Positions 61,772 through 64,000 of a stretch of DNA of 64,000 nt are shown one piece after another. This DNA comes from Dudresnaya verticillata. Lineage: Eukaryota. Position 1 is the first letter of the stretch. Every line of letters begins with the position of its first letter. The notes beneath the pieces are model-generated. The model was not told where the DNA came from. It saw only the letters and a program-made list of their open reading frames with translations, and did no database searches. The stretch spans positions 3,038,001-3,102,000 of the forward strand of contig OZ374557.1 in NCBI GenBank assembly GCA_977862235.1, read 5' to 3'. Position numbers and translations under genes: made by a program.

Positions 61772-62150
61772 TGTCAGTATTATTACTCTAACTTAGAATG
61801 GGTAGCTTTTCCAGCTTCCGGACATATTTATTAGGCCCCTGAGTAGCAGGGGTCCCGCCCTAAACCGGCAGCGGTGTGTGCTTTGGGCTATACCCATTTT
61901 TGGTCTTCCTACGGGGCTACCAGTGTTCCCTTCCCTTGAACGTCTACAAGCCCTATCGTGTACGACGATTGCTCTACGCTGTAGGGTTCGCCTTCCTTTT
62001 TCTTTATTTCTGGGTATTACATCCACTACAAGTCTCTACCACACCCTTTTCCTCTTTTCCCTTGAGCTACCGCTCACCGAGAGCATTTGTCCCCAGGACA
62101 GCTGTCGTGCCGTTTGATCGCCGACTACCTGGCCGAGGGCCATTCTACTA
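61772..62150 (+). repeat. LTR-like repeat fragment related to 27180-28367
   Basis: TGTCAGTATTAT start; TTAGGCCCCTGAGTA, GGTTCGCCTTCC and CAAGTCTCTACCACACC blocks shared. Right end not determined. Confidence 0.6.
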
Positions 62151-63278
62151 CATCCCTCCGACGTTTTATTGTTAGAGAGAAGGGTCCTTTTGTATACCAC
62201 ACGCACACCGGCTACAGTAACCCCATTTGATTTGGGTGATCTCCTGAGATTTCCTCCTTACAGAAGGATATTTGTACGCCGATTGCGTATTGCCAACCCC
62301 TCCTCGGGTTAAAGGTTAGCGGTGGAGAACTATTGAAGATCGAGGGGCCGAAACGAAAAGGGAGTGTTGCGAAATGGGGTTGTATAGGCCGACGAACGGT
62401 TTATGAGAAGGGTTGTAAAAGTAAACGGAAAAACAAACATTTAATGTTTCGTCCCCCCAAGCACCTCGCGCACCGTGGGGACGTGCCCCCTCTGCTGCCT
62501 TCTCAGTGTCCCACACACTCTGCTGGCGTGTCCATCATCGAACATCTCCCCGGACAGCGCCCTTGCGTCCAAACGTCTCTGCGGCATTACAGCTAGTGAG
62601 ACGTTACGCGTTATGCGTTATGCTTTCGTGGGTAGCATGTGACGGCACCGCACGACGGCGACCCACCCCCTTTATTGGTGCCACAATAGATGAGTCTTCC
62701 TATTCGGGTATGCGGAGGCCCCCTCCCTATTGCGGTATGCGGATGCCCCCTCCCTATTGCCCAGAAAAAGGGCCCCCCAGCGCAGCACGGAATGGCAGGG
62801 TCTCCCTACAGTACTGAATAGAGACCCCCTTCATAATAGTCATAATTAGGGGAGCTCTTTCCGAAAGCTCCAGGGCAGCACCCCCTTTTCTGGGTTCCGC
62901 TCTGCGCCACTAGTCGCAATGCCTCTAGTAAACCCTTCTGCAGTAGCCCCTGATAAAGGTCTCCCCTCAGCATGCAGAAAAGACTGCCTACAGCATGTGC
63001 CTCATGTCTGTCTGCATGCAGCTGCAGCATTGGGGCTGTAATATGAATTTCACAGACCTAAGATTGCGCAGAATTTCATTAGCAGGTCACATCCCCTCCG
63101 AAATTCACTTCTAGAATCGCTGTTTGGGACTCGCATAGGCCGCCGAAACAAAAGGGCTGGGCACCAGCGGGGGAACGGAATGTTTCGGTCCATGAAAAAA
63201 TATATTTCTAGGCCGCCGAAACGTTACGGCTTGTAAATGTTTCGTCCCCTGTTGCCACATATGCGTACTTAATTACGG

Positions 63279-64000
63279 CTAATTGAACGCAGCGACAAGA
63301 ATGGGAAGCTGTACCCTAGTTCCAGCAACGCTAGTATCGTAGTTGTGCACCGTGAAGCTCATCGGTCGCACGCAGATAGTCCGTGCACCCGGCAGACGCG
63401 ATAGCGTCGACGTTTGCGAGGACGAGTTAGAGAGCGGCGCTAAAGTGACGGATACATGCTTCGCATCGAACTGTCTTCTACTGTCACGTCCGTATATAGG
63501 CGAGCTCGCCGCCATGGTGACGACATCCGTGACCATAAATCGAGATCCTGAGTTGAAGTCCCCATATTTTCGAGTCAGCACGACTAAACAGTTCTTCCTT
63601 ATTACCAACCTTACTGAGGCAACTTCTTCCAAACGCTTCGCCACTGAGTCTGATGGTTGCCTGCCGTATGTGTCCGCACCAATGCAAACAAAATCATGGC
63701 CTTCTAGTTTCTCCATCTCTCTTCCATTGACACCGGTAACCTCTACCTTCTTCAGGCATAGACGCGTGGAACCGTTGGGCGGAGCATTGCGTGATTGCGC
63801 GCTTGTTGTATTTAGCTCAACAATGTCAGAGTCCCGGGGCGAGCCGTACCGAAATCTCTGTAGCATAGAGTAGAATACACTGTCCTCCCTCTGACGATAG
63901 TTATGGTCTAGCAAAACAACAGCTCCATTTCCATACCCTGTGAATAGTAGAAACCAAACTCGAGATTGGAAGAAAGTTTCAAAGTAACACTTTGTGTCCT
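63279..64000 (-). pseudogene. PIF1-family DNA helicase, C-terminal half, truncated after motif V; continues out of the window
   Basis: LDHNYRQREDSVFYSMLQRFRYG (motif IV), KVEVTGVN, VVLTRK...NSGSR, RVQLPILVA; frame open to 64000. Confidence 0.85.

Noticed and set aside
62697..62760. Two-copy ~27-bp repeat GGTATGCGGA(G/T)GCCCCCTCCCTATTG
   Set aside because: Simple local duplication with no boundaries or function I can assign.
1..64000. tRNA/rRNA genes or intact host housekeeping genes
   Set aside because: None seen; tRNA similarity is limited to the 18-nt PBS sequences.

Overview
This window is eukaryotic, gene-poor DNA made almost entirely of nested transposable elements. A red-algal type genome is a guess from element style only. 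Four chromodomain-type Ty3/Gypsy LTR retrotransposons are present: E1 at 198-14992 (three LTRs, TSD GTACC, nested in E2); E2 at 1-197 plus 14998-18669; an E3 remnant at ~28368-48538; and E4 at 49438-60723 (TSD ATGAG). A complete 14.9-kb CACTA/EnSpm-like DNA transposon (31295-46214, 17-bp TIRs, 2-bp TSD) sits inside E3. The window also holds several solo or partial LTRs, a piggyBac-like fragment, a degenerate SEN1/UPF1-like helicase plus Ulp1 protease gene block, and a truncated PIF1 helicase. Nearly all coding regions are broken by stops or frameshifts. The most interesting signal is an uncharacterised accessory protein family. It is encoded antisense in the 3' region of two divergent Gypsy lineages and also carried as a gene inside the CACTA transposon, which additionally has a Tudor-like ORF. 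Other notable items are the three-LTR composite carrying foreign DNA, a conserved -1 frameshift signal, a dUTPase-like relic between PR and RT, a (TTTAGGGG)3 telomere-like insertion in an integrase, and a non-canonical primer site in E4. All family calls are motif-based by eye; no database searches were run.
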